Positions 17,893 to 20,000 of a stretch of DNA of 20,000 bases are shown one piece after another. The translations under genes and the position numbers were made by a program. The stretch lies in the NCBI GenBank assembly GCA_035650735.1, contig DASRGZ010000119.1, positions 50,892 to 70,891 of the forward strand. Reading direction: 5' to 3'. The first letter of the stretch is position 1. Every line of letters begins with the position of its first letter. The stretch is from Chthonomonadaceae bacterium (GTDB lineage Bacteria > Armatimonadota > Chthonomonadetes > Chthonomonadales > Chthonomonadaceae). The notes under the pieces are model-generated. The model was not told the origin of the DNA. It searched no databases and saw nothing but the letters and a program-made list of their open reading frames with translations.

Positions 17893-18645
17893 ATGGTCAC
17901 CCACCAACCAGGCGGAACACTCTATCGCGTCATCTGCTGGCTTACAACCCGCCTCCCCAGACGAACCCAACCCTCTCCCCACAAGTGGCTGCCCGCTGTG
18001 GATAAGCACATGGTCTACTATGATCTTCGGGCGGCGCTGCAAGATGGGACTTGCTCGGTCTGTGATCTGGTCGCCCAGGCCACCGCGCGGCGTCTGCGGT
18101 TCCTGTTCCACGAGTGCATCACCGACCCCGGCGTGCGGATGGAACTGCGCGCCTCCCTCGGTTTCTGCCCGCGTCATGCCTCTGCCGCCGTGCAGCAAGG
18201 CCATGCGCTTGGGATCGCCATGATCTATCAGGATGTGGTGAACCAGGCGCGCAGCCGTCTCTCTACTTCCAATGCAAAATCCCCGGCCCGTTCTTCCTGC
18301 CCGGAGTGTGTCTCCGAACGAGAAGATGAGACACGCTATGTTCGCGCGCTCGCCAACGACCTGATAGATGCCGAGATGCAAGCAGCCTATGCTGCCGGGC
18401 CGGGCCTGTGTCTGCGGCATCTGGATATGGCCCTGGCGCAGTCCCGCGCCCAAGTCCGGGCCTTTCTATGCATGCAGGAGGAGACGAAGTTGGGCCGCCT
18501 GGCCTGGGAACTGGGAGAGTTCATCCGCAAATCCGACTTCAACCATTCCCACGAGTCGATGGCGGACGAACGTGATTCCTGGCTGCGCGCGCTCACGAAG
18601 ATCGCAGGTCGCGCGCCCTGTGGCGACCGGAGGTGCGGGCTATGA
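17893..18645 (+). CDS. DUF6062-like Cys/His (putative zinc-binding) protein, copy 1 (start uncertain: 17893, 17998 or 18010)
   Basis: CSVC...DPGVRMELRASLGFCPRH...CPEC...GLCLRH...EFIRKSDFN...ERDSWLRA. Confidence 0.78.
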   Translation: MVTHQPGGTLYRVICWLTTRLPRRTQPSPHKWLPAVDKHMVYYDLRAALQDGTCSVCDLVAQATARRLRFLFHECITDPGVRMELRASLGFCPRHASAAVQQGHALGIAMIYQDVVNQARSRLSTSNAKSPARSSCPECVSEREDETRYVRALANDLIDAEMQAAYAAGPGLCLRHLDMALAQSRAQVRAFLCMQEETKLGRLAWELGEFIRKSDFNHSHESMADERDSWLRALTKIAGRAPCGDRRCGL

Positions 18646-19403
18646 CGCATACGCTCTTCACCGCCGAGTTCAAGCAAGCCTGTCGGGAACCGGGCTGCCC
18701 CTTCTGCACGCTGACGCAGACGGATACGGAGCGGTATCTGCGGAACCTGCTCTACGAATACGCACTCGCGCCCGACATCCATGCGCGCCTGGCGGATGCA
18801 CACGGGTTCTGTAACGCCCACGCCTGGCTGTTGCAGCGAGTGGAATGGGCGATGGAAAAGGACGGGATGGGAACCGCCCTCCTCTACGGCAGTGTCGTCG
18901 AGCGTCTGCGGAATGACCTGACCGCCTGCCTGGAACGCAATGGCGGGAAGCGAGGGCATGGAAAGGCAGTGCAGGGGTCTGCCTTTGCCCCCGCCGTGCG
19001 ACGACACTTACAGCCAGAGGCGGACTGCCTGGCGTGCGAGCATCAGGCACGCATGGAACAGTTCTCCACACACCAGATGGTAGAGCATCTTGCCGAAGCG
19101 GGAACGGACACCGATCTGGCGCACCTTTATCGCGCCAGCGCAGGCGCGTGCCTGCCCCACTTCCTGGCGCTGTTGGAGCAGTCCCTACCCGATTCCGTCG
19201 CCCGGTGGCTGACGGAAGTGCAGTTAGAGAAGGCGGCCCGATTGCGAGAGGACCTGGATGAGTACGTGCGAAAACACGATGTCCGCTACAAGCACGAACC
19301 GAAGGGTACGGAACAGGACAGTTGGACACGCGCCATCGAGCAGATAGCAGGCAGGCGCGAAATCCCGCTCTACTGTTCTCACAAGGAAGGAGCGCGGAAA
19401 TGA
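18642..19403 (+). CDS. DUF6062-like Cys/His protein, copy 2
   Basis: CPFC...LLYE...GFCNAH...CLAC...GACLPH...EYVRKHDVRY...EQDSWTRA. GGAGG SD and ATGA overlap with copy 1. Confidence 0.8.
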   Translation: MTHTLFTAEFKQACREPGCPFCTLTQTDTERYLRNLLYEYALAPDIHARLADAHGFCNAHAWLLQRVEWAMEKDGMGTALLYGSVVERLRNDLTACLERNGGKRGHGKAVQGSAFAPAVRRHLQPEADCLACEHQARMEQFSTHQMVEHLAEAGTDTDLAHLYRASAGACLPHFLALLEQSLPDSVARWLTEVQLEKAARLREDLDEYVRKHDVRYKHEPKGTEQDSWTRAIEQIAGRREIPLYCSHKEGARK

Positions 19404-19888
19404 AGGTGCGCGTGGCGGCGGTCATCCTCAAGGGAACCGACATTCTGCTGATCGAGCATCGGCGACGCGGGCGGGCCTACTGGACGCTGCCGGGCGGAGG
19501 GCTGGAAGAGGGCGAGACGCTGCAAGCCTGCCTGCTGCGGGAGGTCAAGGAGGAAACCGGACTGGACGTGGAGGTGCGCCGCCTGCTTTTCGTCGCCGAT
19601 GTGATCCCGGATAACCCATCGAACGGGCATACGGTCAACCTAATCTTCCATGCCGCCATCACGGGCGGCGATCTAACGCCCGGACATGGCGGACGGCTAG
19701 ACGAGACCCATGATCGCGTGGAGTTCGTCCCGCTGACCTCGGTTCCGGCGCTGGGACTGTATCCGCCCATTGTCCCGGAGATCGCGCAGACCTTCGCGGA
19801 GGAGTTCGGAGGCCCGACTCTCTATCTGGGCAATCTCTGGCGCGAGATCGAAACGGCGCAGCGTGTCGGCGGCGCAGCAGCCGAGTAG
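19400..19888 (+). CDS. NUDIX hydrolase
   Basis: Nudix box WTLPGGGLEEGETLQACLLREVKEETGL. AAGGAG SD and ATGA overlap with the preceding gene. Confidence 0.92.
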   Translation: MKVRVAAVILKGTDILLIEHRRRGRAYWTLPGGGLEEGETLQACLLREVKEETGLDVEVRRLLFVADVIPDNPSNGHTVNLIFHAAITGGDLTPGHGGRLDETHDRVEFVPLTSVPALGLYPPIVPEIAQTFAEEFGGPTLYLGNLWREIETAQRVGGAAAE

Positions 19889-19952
19889 ATAGTCTCTTCC
19901 CATTCACTTCGCCAGGAGGGGGAGGGAACGCATTAGCATAGAGGAGTTCGCC

Positions 19953-20000
19953 ATGTCGAAGATCACCGAGATGCTGGGCATAACCCATAAGCCGGAAATC
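19953..20000 (+). CDS. 5' end of a further ORF (MSKITEMLGITHKPEI...), truncated by the window edge
   Basis: GAGGAG SD at about 19941-19946, followed by ATG 19953, open to the window end. Confidence 0.55.
   Translation, partial: MSKITEMLGITHKPEI

Noticed and set aside
15540..20000. Second att site (duplicated tRNA 3' end)
   Set aside because: No copy of the tRNA 3' sequence was seen. The boundary is probably beyond the window, or the core is too short to detect.

Overview
GC-rich bacterial chromosomal window with three parts. (1) Positions 1-8673 hold a carbohydrate and nucleobase catabolic/transport region: an NCS2 permease, a DHDPS-like aldolase, an NAD-dependent epimerase and a Gfo/Idh/MocA oxidoreductase on the minus strand, plus a divergent CUT1 sugar ABC binding protein and two permeases. 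(2) Positions 8743-14005 hold a ComF-family gene, a small Cys/His-rich ORF, a GH15 glycoside hydrolase, a Kbl/BioF-type PLP enzyme and an initiator tRNA-fMet. (3) From the tRNA onward there is an integrative element. Its large serine recombinase ORF reads antisense through the tRNA 3' half and stops in the anticodon loop. It is followed by two excisionase-like HTH genes, a DUF3768 module and a fluoride (crcB-class) riboswitch with an overlapping terminator. The riboswitch controls a translationally coupled operon of two DUF6062-like Cys/His proteins and a NUDIX hydrolase, and a further truncated ORF follows. The two most interesting observations are this fluoride-gated operon and a recurring intergenic architecture in which short 8-9-mer tandem-repeat tracts sit between apparent target-site duplications. 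A 48-bp covarying hairpin cassette also occurs twice inside REP-like elements. All family assignments come from motif recognition by eye; no searches were run.
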